A DNA stretch of 64,000 nucleotides from a virus, in IMG/VR virus record IMGVR_UViG_3300001472_000003, positions 64,001 to 128,000 of that record; one strand, written 5' to 3'. Both the position numbers and the translations under genes were made by a program. Below the pieces are notes generated by a model that did no database searches, was not told the DNA's origin, and saw only the letters and a program-made list of their open reading frames with translations. Positions 28,380 to 39,615 of this stretch are shown here, in pieces; within the stretch, counting starts at the first letter, position 1, and every line of letters begins with the position of its first letter.

Positions 28380-28624
28380 TATTGCAATTCCTTTATTTTA
28401 TTATACAATTTTAAAGCATTCTCTTCATTTATACACTTTATCGAAATACTTGAAATACTTTCATGTGAGAAATTCTTTACTAATTGTAATTCTAAATTAG
28501 ATTTATATTTTTCTAGATAATTATTACAATTCTCATTATTTGTGAATGTTAAACCCCCATGTATTTTTATATCGGGCGATGGTTTATTTGTATAAATTAC
28601 TAGTGCTAATAAAAACCATTTCAT
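28379..28624 (-). CDS. Hypothetical protein with hydrophobic N-terminus
   Basis: MKWFLLALVIY, two Cys; AAGGA RBS. Confidence 0.6.
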   Translation of the reverse strand: MKWFLLALVIYTNKPSPDIKIHGGLTFTNNENCNNYLEKYKSNLELQLVKNFSHESISSISIKCINEENALKLYNKIKELQ

Positions 28625-28664
28625 ATTATAATTTCCTTGTATTTTTATACATATATTTATGCAT

Positions 28665-28689
28665 AAAAAAAGGTGGCCAAAGCCACCCT
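28665..28689 (-). terminator. Rho-independent terminator after gene 23
   Basis: GGTGGC-TTTG-GCCACC followed by T7 on minus strand. Confidence 0.85.
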
Positions 28690-28710
28690 TATTTATTCTG
28701 TAATCAGAAA

Positions 28711-30024
28711 TTACATGATATTTGATACCATAACTCTTCTGTAATATACGTTAGAGTCTTTAGTCAATGCACCATTACCGGCAGAGGCACCATCAGCAAA
28801 AGGATTAGCTACAACACCATAACGTGTTTTAAAGCCTATCTTAGGTTGAAATGTGTTCTCTCCAACTGCACGAACCATTTGCAATGGAACGTATGGGCAA
28901 TAGAATAAACCAGCATCAAATGCACTAGAACCTTTATATCCTAATGTATAATAGTTACCTGTTGTATACGGATCAATGTATACTCTATATCTACCATTAA
29001 GAACTCCAGCAAATGTATTTCCTGTGTCATCTATGTCTAAGTTGTTGCTATTTAAAGCAGGTGTGTAATCTAAAACACCAGCCATTTGTAATGCAGAAGC
29101 TACATCAGAAGAACAAATTAATACGTTTCCTTTGCCTCTTCTTGTATCTTTAGCAATCTGGTTAGCATCTCTTTCAATATTGAACATTAGTCCTTTGAAT
29201 TTTTCAACTGACCATCTACCATTTGAATCAGTATCAAGATCAAAAGTACCAGCAGTTGTTGTATCTGTCTGTGCACCCTGCTTAGCAGTAATGTTGATAG
29301 TTCTAATGATTTCTCTATTGATTTCAGCTAAGATTTCTGTAGAAAGAATATTTGATAATTCTGTCTCAGCATCTAAACCATGGATAGCTTTTAAGTCTTG
29401 AGCTAATTCCATTGTATACTCAGCTTTAAGAGCTCTTGAACCTGCTGTTACGGATACCTTCTCAATTGAAAAAGCCATTTCAGCAAATGCAGCGTTTCCA
29501 GATGAACCTAATGCTTCAGCTTGTGCTGTAGGCATTGCATCTGCGAAGTTGTATAAACCAGCTTCTGCGTTATTAGCAGTTGCAGGTGCACTTCCAACAT
29601 TTTTATCACCAAGTGTATTAGCACCTGCGGATACAGTTGAGAATGCTGAATCTGATTCATTATAGAAAACTTCATTACCTGACTGATTAGTTTGTCTTGA
29701 ACGCATTGCAAAGATTAATCCTGTTGGACCAGTCATTGGCTGTACGCCACATAAATCATATGCTACTAGGTTTGGCATAGCTCTTCTTACTAAGCTAATT
29801 AAAACTGGATCATATGTATCAATGCCAGAACCACCTACGCCAGCGTTGGCAGGTGTTTCATTTAAAAGTGATTGTGATGAAAAAGCAGACCCTTCCTTAA
29901 GAGCTACTTCAGTGTTCTCAAGTAGTTGAGCTGTAACAGACCTTTTATGGGCATCTTTGATCTCAGGTAGATCGGTATGCTCAATTATTGGCTGCCACTT
30001 TTTTGATAGTGTTTCTGTTAACAT
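28711..30024 (-). CDS. 23: Major capsid protein gp23
   Basis: DPVLISLVRRAMP, VQPMTGPTG, SRALKAEY, FQPKIGFKTRYG. Confidence 0.98.
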   Translation of the reverse strand: MLTETLSKKWQPIIEHTDLPEIKDAHKRSVTAQLLENTEVALKEGSAFSSQSLLNETPANAGVGGSGIDTYDPVLISLVRRAMPNLVAYDLCGVQPMTGPTGLIFAMRSRQTNQSGNEVFYNESDSAFSTVSAGANTLGDKNVGSAPATANNAEAGLYNFADAMPTAQAEALGSSGNAAFAEMAFSIEKVSVTAGSRALKAEYTMELAQDLKAIHGLDAETELSNILSTEILAEINREIIRTINITAKQGAQTDTTTAGTFDLDTDSNGRWSVEKFKGLMFNIERDANQIAKDTRRGKGNVLICSSDVASALQMAGVLDYTPALNSNNLDIDDTGNTFAGVLNGRYRVYIDPYTTGNYYTLGYKGSSAFDAGLFYCPYVPLQMVRAVGENTFQPKIGFKTRYGVVANPFADGASAGNGALTKDSNVYYRRVMVSNIM

Positions 30025-30066
30025 TTGTCTCTCCCTTAATTAACAGTTAAGTTTAACCGAAATTAT

Positions 30067-31098
30067 TTATCTTTTTACGGTTCTTGTAATGGCGGCGGCA
30101 TAATGTGACATTGTAGGATCACTAGATACCTTCACTGTCTCTTCTTCCAATTCGATAGGCTCTTCGTCTACTGACTCAGTGACCAATTGCTTTTCACCAA
30201 AATAATTTTCTTTAATAATAGATACTTTTTTAGAAAAAGTCTCAACATCATCAGCTTCAATTCCTTCGACTAATGATTGTAACTTTTCTTTTTGTGTATC
30301 AACTAAACCGTCTGCTGCTTCAATAACAATATCTTTTTTCTGATATGATTCAACAGTCTGTTGTAAAGAAATTTTATCTTCAATTTCTTTATTAAGTTTA
30401 GATTCTGTTTCTTCTAAAGTAGTAGCTAATTCTGCAGCTATATCTAACTTTTCATCAGAAACCTCAATATGGTTTTCAACGAAAAGTCTCTTTAAACCAG
30501 ACATTAGACTTTCAGCTATTTCTACTTTAAAATTAGATTCTATTGCTACTTCATTTTGATTGACCCATTCTTCAGTAACATAGTTGAGATAATGATCTAC
30601 TCTTGTAGCTGTATCTTCTTCTATTTCCTTTTTCATTTCATCAATCTTTGATTCGAATTCTTCTTCTACTCTAGCTGTTTCTGCAATTACTTTTGCATTA
30701 ACTGCTGCAGCGAAAATGGTTTCAGCTTTATCTCTAAAATCTTCAGATAACTCTGTACCAAAAATGTCATCAATATCTTCTTTGTATGATACTGATTTTG
30801 CATCTCCTTTAGTTTTAATAGAACCTGCATTTTTACCCATCATAGCATCATATGCAGTCTTAAGAACAGTTTTGTTCATTTTGTTTAGATGCGACATTGC
30901 TGATGCTAGCATTTGTGATTTTGTTTGTCCAGGTGTCTTATCATCGATTTTAGGCGTAGATTTATCACCAGCAGACTTATCAGCTTTTCTTGAATTGTTT
31001 TTTGTTGCAGTAGGCTCAGGCACTTCTGAAGGCTCACCAGTGGCCTTGAACTCGTCGAGCTGCTCGTCCTCTACAATTTGCTCTTTTTCCTCAGACAT
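30067..31098 (-). CDS. 22: Prohead core scaffold gp22
   Basis: IFAAAV, YLNYVTEEW, acidic coiled coil; synteny. Confidence 0.9.
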   Translation of the reverse strand: MSEEKEQIVEDEQLDEFKATGEPSEVPEPTATKNNSRKADKSAGDKSTPKIDDKTPGQTKSQMLASAMSHLNKMNKTVLKTAYDAMMGKNAGSIKTKGDAKSVSYKEDIDDIFGTELSEDFRDKAETIFAAAVNAKVIAETARVEEEFESKIDEMKKEIEEDTATRVDHYLNYVTEEWVNQNEVAIESNFKVEIAESLMSGLKRLFVENHIEVSDEKLDIAAELATTLEETESKLNKEIEDKISLQQTVESYQKKDIVIEAADGLVDTQKEKLQSLVEGIEADDVETFSKKVSIIKENYFGEKQLVTESVDEEPIELEEETVKVSSDPTMSHYAAAITRTVKR

Positions 31099-31132
31099 TT
31101 AAAGACTCCCTTTTAAAGTAAATATCTCATAG

Positions 31133-31140
31133 TATTTATA
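31133..31140 (-). promoter_or_regulatory. T4-type late promoter TATAAATA
   Basis: Exact match upstream of gene 22. Confidence 0.75.
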
Positions 31141-31143
31141 CAT

Positions 31144-31797
31144 TTATGAAATTAGCGATTTCAGAAACTTATCAAACAGTTTGAGCGATTGCTCGTTGAG
31201 CTCTTTTACAGAACGATTACCTGTCTCCAGAATTTCTTCAACTACTTGTTGTGCTTTCCAACTTCCATCTATATTGATCCATTCTACACCTTCCATAATG
31301 CCCTTTACAAAGGCATCTGGCGCTGAAGGATCAGCAACGATATCAGCTGCTGTGGCAAGATGAAAATCACCTTGTACTTGCATGGTTCCATTTTTTTCTT
31401 TTAATGAACCCATTCCTCTTGAAGAGACTGCTAATTCGCAATCTTCCTTCATTAAATTTTTAACGATTGTGCCGTATGGTGTTTCCATTATTTTAGCTTT
31501 TCCAATAATATTTGACCCATCAGGCTTTAGAGAGGTTATTTTATGTGAAACTCTTTCTAAGTTAATGGTCGGTCCACTAGGATGCCCTAGTTCACCAAAG
31601 GCTCTATTTTTTAATACCATTTCTTTATTGTATCTGGCTGTCTCGTTCACCAACACTTCTGCTGGATACATCCTGCCATTACGATTTTTAATATCGCCTT
31701 GCATAAAGATACCTTCGATAAAAAAGCTTTTTTCACCTTGATCATTTTCTTCTTGAAGAACTTTTACATCTTCAACACGCTCAGTAAAAAGTTTCAT
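31144..31797 (-). CDS. 21: Prohead protease gp21
   Basis: KNRNGRMY, GELGHP, SSRGMGS, DIVADPSAP. Confidence 0.96.
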   Translation of the reverse strand: MKLFTERVEDVKVLQEENDQGEKSFFIEGIFMQGDIKNRNGRMYPAEVLVNETARYNKEMVLKNRAFGELGHPSGPTINLERVSHKITSLKPDGSNIIGKAKIMETPYGTIVKNLMKEDCELAVSSRGMGSLKEKNGTMQVQGDFHLATAADIVADPSAPDAFVKGIMEGVEWINIDGSWKAQQVVEEILETGNRSVKELNEQSLKLFDKFLKSLIS

Positions 31798-31806
31798 TAT
31801 ACTCTC

Positions 31807-32265
31807 CTATTGTATAACACTAGCAACGAAATCTAACATTTTATCAAATGATTCTTCGCTTTCTTCTAAATGATTAATAAAAATTTCTTTATTATCATCA
31901 GTCAATTCTTCTGCTACTGCTATTAATTTAGCTGCTGTCTCAGAGTCTACTTCAATTGTCTCGCCATTTTTAAATGTTAATTCTAAAGCTGAGTCTGATT
32001 CAGTAATTTGTTTTAATGATTCAATTATATTATCAGTTTCTAAATCATTATCTTCATATATTTTTGCATCATCACCTTCTTTGTAACTGGCTATTTTGGA
32101 GTCATCTTTTTTAAGATTTCTACCATTCATAATATCCCATATACTTTTACCATCTTTAAATGGTAGGTCTGTTGCACCAACAATATGTTTATCCTTAAAT
32201 TGTTTATCACCGGGGCTCTCAGGTTGAGACACCTCAGCAATTATATCTTTTAATAGTTTAGCCAT
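31807..32265 (-). CDS. Putative prohead core protein (gp68 position)
   Basis: Acidic protein between genes 20 and 21. Confidence 0.55.
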   Translation of the reverse strand: MAKLLKDIIAEVSQPESPGDKQFKDKHIVGATDLPFKDGKSIWDIMNGRNLKKDDSKIASYKEGDDAKIYEDNDLETDNIIESLKQITESDSALELTFKNGETIEVDSETAAKLIAVAEELTDDNKEIFINHLEESEESFDKMLDFVASVIQ

Positions 32266-32614
32266 CAGTCTTTTCCTCCGACTCTTGGTCTTCTGTTGTT
32301 GGCTGATCTTCTACATCGTCAGATGATTCATCTTCATCATTCTCATCTTCATCAGTATCTTCTTCTTCAGATTCTTCTTCTGGTGCGTCTTCGATTTCTT
32401 CATCTTCTTCAACATCCAAATTATCTTCTTCTTCAGATTCATCTTCTATCTCATCTGAGTTTGCAAATTTATTCACAAACTCTGTTCTTTTACCAGCTAT
32501 AGTATCCCTAACACGGTCTAACATAGCATTGTTAAAATCATCTATTACTCCAACAGGTTTTGCATTAACTGCATTCTGTACTAACTTAAGAGCTTTTTCT
32601 GTATATTCAGCCAT
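32258..32614 (-). CDS. Putative prohead core protein (gp67-like)
   Basis: Highly acidic C-terminus; directly after gene 20. Confidence 0.6.
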   Translation of the reverse strand: MAEYTEKALKLVQNAVNAKPVGVIDDFNNAMLDRVRDTIAGKRTEFVNKFANSDEIEDESEEEDNLDVEEDEEIEDAPEEESEEEDTDEDENDEDESSDDVEDQPTTEDQESEEKTDG

Positions 32615-32638
32615 AATTAATTTCTCCAAATTATTTAT

Positions 32639-34168
32639 CTAATTCGATTGTGGTAAATCGTTTTCATTAGCATTTTCGTCAGGTTCTCCTTTAATTTCTT
32701 TATCAATAGCTGCAATTTCTTCACTATTGAAATTAAGAACATGTTTTTTAACGTATGCTTCAGAAAAATATTTACCTACATATTGATCAATATCATTAAG
32801 AGTTTGTAACCGTTCTCTTAATATTTCTGTCTTTTTTAATTCTGAAAAATGATTGTCAGAAACATAATCATATTTGATTTTATCTTTCATCATTTTCCAT
32901 TCTTCAATTGTCATTATACCTTTTAGAGAGACTTGTTTTTGCATTACATTATCAAAAATTTCTGTAAATTTTAAACGCAATCTACTAACAAATTTACTAA
33001 ATTTTAATTCGTCTCTAGAAATTTCGGATGCTCTACCAAGGCTAAATCCGGATTCCGGTTCTAATCTTGATACAGGAACACTTAATGATTTGTATAATTT
33101 CTTTTGAAAATATAACACATCATCCATTTCTCCAAGGTTCGTTCCACCAGGCAATGTTGTTATTTCAGTACTTCTACCACCTTCTCTTCTAGGCAACCAA
33201 AAGTCTTCTAACATTGTCATAAATTTACGATCATCACGCACTTCTCCAGTACCTGCATCATAAACTAATCTATTTTTATGTTTGGTCATCATATCTCTGA
33301 GATGCTGTTCTGCTTTCATTTTAGGCAAATTGCCAACATCTATATAAAATATTCTTCTTTCTGGTGCTCTTGATATTCTATATATAACTGCAGCATCTTC
33401 TAAAACCTGAAGTTGATTTAGAGGTTTTATTGCTTTATGTAAATGTCCTATAACTAATTTGTTATTTTCATCCATAATACCTGATGTTACATGGCATATA
33501 GAATCTTTAGCAATTTTCATACCACCTTTACCTGTTGATATACCTGGTTGCATATCAACGATTGTTTTTTTATTATTAAATCCTTTATCATTGAATATAA
33601 AATATTCATTTTTAATTTGTGATAATACCGCATTTTTATTCGCAGATTTTTTTTGAATTTCTTTTACTTTTCTTATTTTGCGAGGATCAATATATCTTAA
33701 TTCTTTAACACCTGCTTTAGTGTCTGATTCATCAATGATAATATGAAAGTATATTCTACCATCAATATACCATCGTCTAAATAAATCATATGCTTTAGAT
33801 TCCATTTTTAGTAATCTCATCATATGATCAAATTCATCTCTTACTTTCTTTTTAATTCCAGCAGAAAGATTAGTGAGGTCTAAATTAATATCAACAATTT
33901 TTTCATTTGTTGCATATACAATTGATTCATTAACAATGTCATCAACTGCTATTTCAACATCCGGATTCATAGACATTTTTCTATATCTAGAAACTAATTC
34001 TGCTTCATTTTTTGCTGCACCTTCTAAATCAACATATTGTCCATATGCACCACCTGCAGCAATAGACATAGCTCCGTCATCTTCTTCGGGAGCAACAAAG
34101 GATTTAAGTTGTTGTTGAGGTTGTTGTAAGTCTTTGCGTTTTATTTCAAAACCAAATAGTTCAGCCAT
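32639..34168 (-). CDS. 20: Portal protein gp20
   Basis: WYIDGR, RAPERRIFYIDVGNLPK, EDFWLPRREGG. Confidence 0.98.
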   Translation of the reverse strand: MAELFGFEIKRKDLQQPQQQLKSFVAPEEDDGAMSIAAGGAYGQYVDLEGAAKNEAELVSRYRKMSMNPDVEIAVDDIVNESIVYATNEKIVDINLDLTNLSAGIKKKVRDEFDHMMRLLKMESKAYDLFRRWYIDGRIYFHIIIDESDTKAGVKELRYIDPRKIRKVKEIQKKSANKNAVLSQIKNEYFIFNDKGFNNKKTIVDMQPGISTGKGGMKIAKDSICHVTSGIMDENNKLVIGHLHKAIKPLNQLQVLEDAAVIYRISRAPERRIFYIDVGNLPKMKAEQHLRDMMTKHKNRLVYDAGTGEVRDDRKFMTMLEDFWLPRREGGRSTEITTLPGGTNLGEMDDVLYFQKKLYKSLSVPVSRLEPESGFSLGRASEISRDELKFSKFVSRLRLKFTEIFDNVMQKQVSLKGIMTIEEWKMMKDKIKYDYVSDNHFSELKKTEILRERLQTLNDIDQYVGKYFSEAYVKKHVLNFNSEEIAAIDKEIKGEPDENANENDLPQSN

Positions 34169-34222
34169 AATATCTCCTAAGTAGTTTAGAAGGGGTTTTT
34201 ATACCCCTTCTTACTATTTATC

Positions 34223-34771
34223 TTATACTCCACCGGCGTTGCCAGTAGGTCCAGATACTGTCCAATAATCATATTGAAACTCAATCTGAAATTCTTCAAT
34301 TGCGTCGACAGTTTCCCAACTAACTTCAATTTCATTAATTAAGGTTGGAAACAATCCATTAAATTCATATGTTCTAATAGGATTGCCAGTTTTTGAATAC
34401 TGTACAACTTGTGCTTGTGCTTTATATAATCCAGGAGCAGAACCCCCAGTGTTTCTTATATTTCCTTCTAGAGAGTTAATAGAATTAACCCATTGCTCCA
34501 TAGCATTACGGATTAGGAAATCTTCGTCGTTTATTACTGTAACAGTCCATGGATTAAATGTTCTATCACCTGCTAGTCTAACTTTTCTTCCAAAGTATGG
34601 AACTTCGATTAAACCTAATGTTGATGCTGGTAATTGAGCTGTTTTAACCAAGAATGGTACTTTAAGATCAGCTGTAGCATTTGCTGGATTTTGAATAGTC
34701 ACTTGGAATAATGACTGTCTAGCTCCACCAAGGGCTAATTGAGATCTTATTTCGTTTATATTAAATGCCAT
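34223..34771 (-). CDS. 19: Tail tube protein gp19
   Basis: GGARQSLF, AGDRTF, WTVTVIND, YDYW. Confidence 0.95.
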   Translation of the reverse strand: MAFNINEIRSQLALGGARQSLFQVTIQNPANATADLKVPFLVKTAQLPASTLGLIEVPYFGRKVRLAGDRTFNPWTVTVINDEDFLIRNAMEQWVNSINSLEGNIRNTGGSAPGLYKAQAQVVQYSKTGNPIRTYEFNGLFPTLINEIEVSWETVDAIEEFQIEFQYDYWTVSGPTGNAGGV

Positions 34772-34787
34772 TTCTCTCTCCTATCCC

Positions 34788-36704
34788 TTAGAACTTGCCA
34801 ATGATTTCGGAGAACTCAACACCTGTTCTAACTGCGACAAAGTTAAGTTGAATAAAGTTGATAGATTTTGCTGGCTTAATATAAATATCAGCTAGAAATT
34901 CATTTCTATCAATAACTTCACCAGTATTGTTTGTTCCATCACAAACTACTGCGAAGTCATATATCCCCCTTCTTCCTTGTACATCTCTTAGGAATGGTTC
35001 AACTAAATTTTTAAATTGTGCTCTAGTAAATTCATCATTCAATTCAAACAATGAAAACTTAGCAGCAGTAGCAATTGCTTTTTCAAGAACAATGAATAAT
35101 CTTCTTACATTGATTCTATCGAATGCACTTGGCTTACCTAATAATGTCTTATCTCCAAACAGGATTGTGCCCTGGCCAGGAAAGTTTACTATTGGGTTTA
35201 TGTCTGCTTTATAAAGCACGTCTCTATCTGCTTGTCTAGGATTATAAGGCAATTTAACAATGTTTTTAATAATACCTCTATTATAACCAGCTGGTGAAAA
35301 CCATGGATCTCTTAAATCATCAGTTCTTACTGCAAGTCCGGCTACATCACCGTTAAAAGGTACATATCTATATACATCATTATACTTATCATATTGATAT
35401 TTGTATCCTGAATCTAATACGGCATATGATGAAGCTGTTAATGAATTTCTAAATGCAACTGAATCTGTTGCTTCATCACCAGCATTATTAATTACATCAG
35501 CTCTATCTGGTGAGATAAATGCGACGCAATCTTTTCTTGACTCACAAATATTATCAATAATATAATTAGCTAAACCTGCATTATTAGTTCCATTAGTAGC
35601 TTTACCTTGTAATATCATTGATACATCAACATCTGCACCGTCTTTATATAAATCATAACCAACCGCTAAATCTGATAAAGATATTGATGATTCACTTACT
35701 GAATCAACTCCGCCTTGTAGACTAGTTGTTAATGGTGTTGTTGTTCCTAAAGCAGCCATATTAATTGCTGTATTAACATATGAAGCACCACCTCTATGAT
35801 TAATAGCATATATCCATGAGGATCTGTTATTAATCGCAGTGTTATAATAGATATAAGAGCCGTCTGGAGACTTTGCATCTGTGGCTCTTGATAATCCCTC
35901 AAAAACCTCTATGACTTGTCCAGTCGTGCCTGTTATAGACCCATCTTCATCAACAACAACTATATGAATCTCGTCTGCAGATCCACTTTTATTTGTAGTC
36001 CAAGCTGATGTAGCTGGTGCACCATTTACATTATTATAATATTCCCAATTTCTTATAGCATTGCCATTGAAGTCAGTACTTAATGTATATTTAGATGTGA
36101 ATGTTATAACTGATGTATTAACTGCAGATACTTTCATATCTTGAATACCAATTGTGCTGTTACCCACAGGAATGATATCACCTATATTTACTACAGTTGA
36201 TTCATCATCTGTTGTATTTGCTGTTGTACTACCAACACCAATCACAATTGTATTAGCTAATGCAGATGAAAAAGCAGAGGTAGTATCACATGTGGATACT
36301 TTAATACTGTTACCTAATGTGCCTGGATACTTTGCTGCAAAAGTCAAAGCTGACTCTGCAAATGTTCCATTTTCAAATGCGTCTTCGTTTTTTATGGCTA
36401 CCGCTGTTGCACCAGTGGCGGCCGCGTTTCTTGCGTTCGTATCAACAACTCTTGTTACATATAATGCATTACCATATGCTAAAAAGTTGGCTGCTGTAAA
36501 AAATGTTTCGAAGGTGCTATTATTAGGCTTACCGAATCTTGCAACTAATGCTGCTTCAGAATCGATAAGTACACGCTCTTCTACGCTCCCCCAGTTAAAA
36601 ACGCCTGCAATAGCGCCTTCAGTCGTTGAGACTGCTGGGACAACTGTAGTAAGATCGATCTCACTAACTTTTACACCTGGGCTAACTTGGAATCCCATCT
36701 TCAT
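34788..36704 (-). CDS. 18: Tail sheath protein gp18
   Basis: SPGVKVSEID, WFSPAG, DRINVRRLF, INFIQLNF. Confidence 0.97.
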   Translation of the reverse strand: MKMGFQVSPGVKVSEIDLTTVVPAVSTTEGAIAGVFNWGSVEERVLIDSEAALVARFGKPNNSTFETFFTAANFLAYGNALYVTRVVDTNARNAAATGATAVAIKNEDAFENGTFAESALTFAAKYPGTLGNSIKVSTCDTTSAFSSALANTIVIGVGSTTANTTDDESTVVNIGDIIPVGNSTIGIQDMKVSAVNTSVITFTSKYTLSTDFNGNAIRNWEYYNNVNGAPATSAWTTNKSGSADEIHIVVVDEDGSITGTTGQVIEVFEGLSRATDAKSPDGSYIYYNTAINNRSSWIYAINHRGGASYVNTAINMAALGTTTPLTTSLQGGVDSVSESSISLSDLAVGYDLYKDGADVDVSMILQGKATNGTNNAGLANYIIDNICESRKDCVAFISPDRADVINNAGDEATDSVAFRNSLTASSYAVLDSGYKYQYDKYNDVYRYVPFNGDVAGLAVRTDDLRDPWFSPAGYNRGIIKNIVKLPYNPRQADRDVLYKADINPIVNFPGQGTILFGDKTLLGKPSAFDRINVRRLFIVLEKAIATAAKFSLFELNDEFTRAQFKNLVEPFLRDVQGRRGIYDFAVVCDGTNNTGEVIDRNEFLADIYIKPAKSINFIQLNFVAVRTGVEFSEIIGKF

Positions 36705-36760
36705 GTCTCCTTTTAGTGTATAATCAAAAGAATTCTATACCTATTTATCATATTGAGTGA

Positions 36761-38392
36761 TTAGAAGACTCTATCGCCTGATTCCCAATCAATAACCTCA
36801 ATCCCACCTGATTCATTATGATAATCGTGTCCATCTGATATTATTCCAAATGGAGATACATCTTCTTCAATGTATCTTAAATTTTGTTGTTCTATATTTC
36901 TTCTTATATCTATGTTAGTTAGTTCTTTAAAGTATTCTTGATTAGCTAACCACCCAAATAATACCATACACATCATCAAATCATCATGGTAACCTTCTTC
37001 AGCTTGCCACGATTCACCCTTTGAAATAAATCTGGTCATTTCCTCTAATAAAGGATAATCAACAAATAATAATTTATTTCCTTCTATCAATGTTTTTAAT
37101 TGTAAACACCCAACTCTTTTAACTTGCTTTGTTGTTCTTACACCTAGGTATTGTTGGCCAATTCCACCAAAACCTGAACTTAATACCTGACCTGCTCTAC
37201 CTCTTGCAGCAGACATTAATATGTTAGGTGCTTCAAGATCAGATTGTAATACATTCGCAACTGCCATACCTATATCATTTGATTCAATTAATATATAGGC
37301 TTCATTATACATTTTTTGATATTCAAATATTATATTAGGATATACCATCGGTGCTATTTCATTATTTTGATAACATGCTACTACTCTATACGGAATCTCA
37401 GAAACATCTAATATTAAGAAAGCAGAATAGTCTCCCATTGTGCCTCTTGCAGTATCAACTACAATAGTATATATATGGTTTTCAATTGATTTTTCATATA
37501 TTCTCATATGATCATTTTGATGAATAGGATCTTTATATACAAGAGTTCTAAGTTTAGATGGACTTATTAATGTATTACTAGAACCTATAAACTCACATTC
37601 AAATTCAATACGAAATTGCTCTTCTGATGTGTTGCGTATTGTTTCTTCTTTCCATTTTTCATCTCTTCCTGGAACATCAGACCAATGCACATCTATTCTT
37701 TTGTAACTGTTTCTATTTTCTTCAGAATTAATCCATAATTTGTAAAATAAATTTAATCCATTAGGTGTCGATGTAACAAGTACTTTAGAACTTTGTCCTG
37801 AAGATATTGTTGGATATACTGATGAGAAAAATTCTTCTTGTATATGTGAGGGCACAAATGCAAATTCATCTAGATATATTAGATTGTAAGATCCACCACG
37901 AACTGAACTAGCTGAGGTTGAAGCAGCTAATATTTTTGATCCGTTTTCTAATTCTATATTACCTTTATTCCATTCGACTATACCTAACTGCAACCATCTT
38001 GGCAAATGTTCGAATGCTAATTGTATTCTTGATAATATATCTCTTGATTGAGCTGATTTGTGTGCTAATATTGCTATATTAAAATTTTCATGAAACATTG
38101 CATACCATAATAAAGTAGCACCAACAGTTGTTGTTTTGCCTGATTGTCTTGGCATTTTACATATAACAAATCTTTCATTATTAACAAGTTTGACTATTTC
38201 TTCCTGGAAATCATATAAATCAAAACTAACAAGACCATCATCAATGTTTACAATCTTAATATATTTTCTGATAAAATAAACGGGATTCTTAGAACACTTA
38301 ATAAATTCCTGAATTTGTTCTTCAGTAAACTCAACAGGAACATTGGCTCTTTTTAAATTTGGATTACCTAAGTAATTTTCTCTATCACTCAT
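36761..38392 (-). CDS. 17: Terminase large subunit gp17
   Basis: YLGNPNLK, PRQSGKT, LDEFAF, STPNG, HDDL. Confidence 0.97.
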   Translation of the reverse strand: MSDRENYLGNPNLKRANVPVEFTEEQIQEFIKCSKNPVYFIRKYIKIVNIDDGLVSFDLYDFQEEIVKLVNNERFVICKMPRQSGKTTTVGATLLWYAMFHENFNIAILAHKSAQSRDILSRIQLAFEHLPRWLQLGIVEWNKGNIELENGSKILAASTSASSVRGGSYNLIYLDEFAFVPSHIQEEFFSSVYPTISSGQSSKVLVTSTPNGLNLFYKLWINSEENRNSYKRIDVHWSDVPGRDEKWKEETIRNTSEEQFRIEFECEFIGSSNTLISPSKLRTLVYKDPIHQNDHMRIYEKSIENHIYTIVVDTARGTMGDYSAFLILDVSEIPYRVVACYQNNEIAPMVYPNIIFEYQKMYNEAYILIESNDIGMAVANVLQSDLEAPNILMSAARGRAGQVLSSGFGGIGQQYLGVRTTKQVKRVGCLQLKTLIEGNKLLFVDYPLLEEMTRFISKGESWQAEEGYHDDLMMCMVLFGWLANQEYFKELTNIDIRRNIEQQNLRYIEEDVSPFGIISDGHDYHNESGGIEVIDWESGDRVF

Positions 38393-38783
38393 CAGATACT
38401 GTCTTTTTTATAAGTTTTTGTAGATCATTTGTACTCCCAACAAACAAATTATTGTTTATTGTTTTAGGTCCTTTTATACCATCTAAATCTTTTTTACGTT
38501 TTTGTAACTCCAATAGATCTTTATTGGCATCTGATAATGCTCTTACTAAAACAGCTGCAACCTCGTATGTTCTTGGGTGTTGACTTTGTTGTGCTAATTC
38601 AACAATACCGTTTAATGCATCTTGACCTCTTTCAATAATGCCATATAAATTTTCTCTTGCATATTGAAAATCATCATCAGATGAATTGGTAGATTGTTTT
38701 AACTTAGAACTTGCATCGTATAATTCAGTTTTAACATTATCTATATCATCAAGGTTTAATGCATCACTAATTTCTTTAGTCAT
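38385..38783 (-). CDS. 16: Terminase small subunit gp16
   Basis: HPRTYEV, NNLFVGST. Confidence 0.93.
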   Translation of the reverse strand: MTKEISDALNLDDIDNVKTELYDASSKLKQSTNSSDDDFQYARENLYGIIERGQDALNGIVELAQQSQHPRTYEVAAVLVRALSDANKDLLELQKRKKDLDGIKGPKTINNNLFVGSTNDLQKLIKKTVSDE

Positions 38784-39615
38784 TATCTATATCCGTTCTT
38801 GCAATTATTATGCCTGAATTTGCTTCTATATCAATTAATGATCTATCTACAGTTATTGAAGCATTTGTTGTTGCATTATTATTTGCATCCATTCCTGGTG
38901 TTATCACAATACGGTCTCCGTCAATTGGATTTGCATTTGATGTATTGAATGCACTTGTAGTATTTATATCTTCAAATATATTAGTATTAGCAAGTGTAAT
39001 TATATTAGCATTAGATGAAATAGGTCCAAATAAATAACCTTTAACACTAAAATCTAGTTTATGGACAAGAGCTCTTCTTGTCTCAAAATCACCTTCATAT
39101 TGGTCATCAGTAGTAAATTGATTTAATATAACTGGTATATCAAAGGGATAGTCAAGATCTTCCATTAATTTCATAGATACTGTGTATTCTGGTGTAAAGA
39201 ATGGTATTATTTGTTCTATTATTCTTATTCCATCTTCTTCATTTTTTACCATAATACTTAATTCAAAGCTTATATCAAATGGTGTTGGGGTATAAACAGA
39301 TTTTATTTTGTTTATAGATCCTGGTGTAGCTTTTGCAAATTTGCGGGTTGGATTTAATCTGCGCGAAGCATCATATTGAAATCCTGTCATTTCAAAAGAC
39401 ATTCTTGGTAATTGTATTGCTACTTTTCTTCTAAGAGTTGGATCTTCCTGTGTTCTAACTAGGTATTTTTGAGATGGGCCATAATTAACAGGCACTCTTA
39501 ATGTTTGTTTAACTATACCATTTTGTTCTCTGTCTATCTCAATATCATTAAATAATGTGCCGAACATTACTATATACTTACGCAGGATACCATTATAGAA
39601 TTTTTGACCTAACAT
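38776..39615 (-). CDS. 15: Tail sheath stabilizer gp15
   Basis: FGTLFND, LPRMSFE, EQIIPFF. Confidence 0.93.
   Translation of the reverse strand: MLGQKFYNGILRKYIVMFGTLFNDIEIDREQNGIVKQTLRVPVNYGPSQKYLVRTQEDPTLRRKVAIQLPRMSFEMTGFQYDASRRLNPTRKFAKATPGSINKIKSVYTPTPFDISFELSIMVKNEEDGIRIIEQIIPFFTPEYTVSMKLMEDLDYPFDIPVILNQFTTDDQYEGDFETRRALVHKLDFSVKGYLFGPISSNANIITLANTNIFEDINTTSAFNTSNANPIDGDRIVITPGMDANNNATTNASITVDRSLIDIEANSGIIIARTDIDND

Noticed and set aside
34188-34211. Hairpin AGAAGGGG/CCCCTTCT as terminator after gene 19
   Set aside because: No U-tract on the coding strand and it lies downstream of the late promoter for gene 20; more likely a leader hairpin
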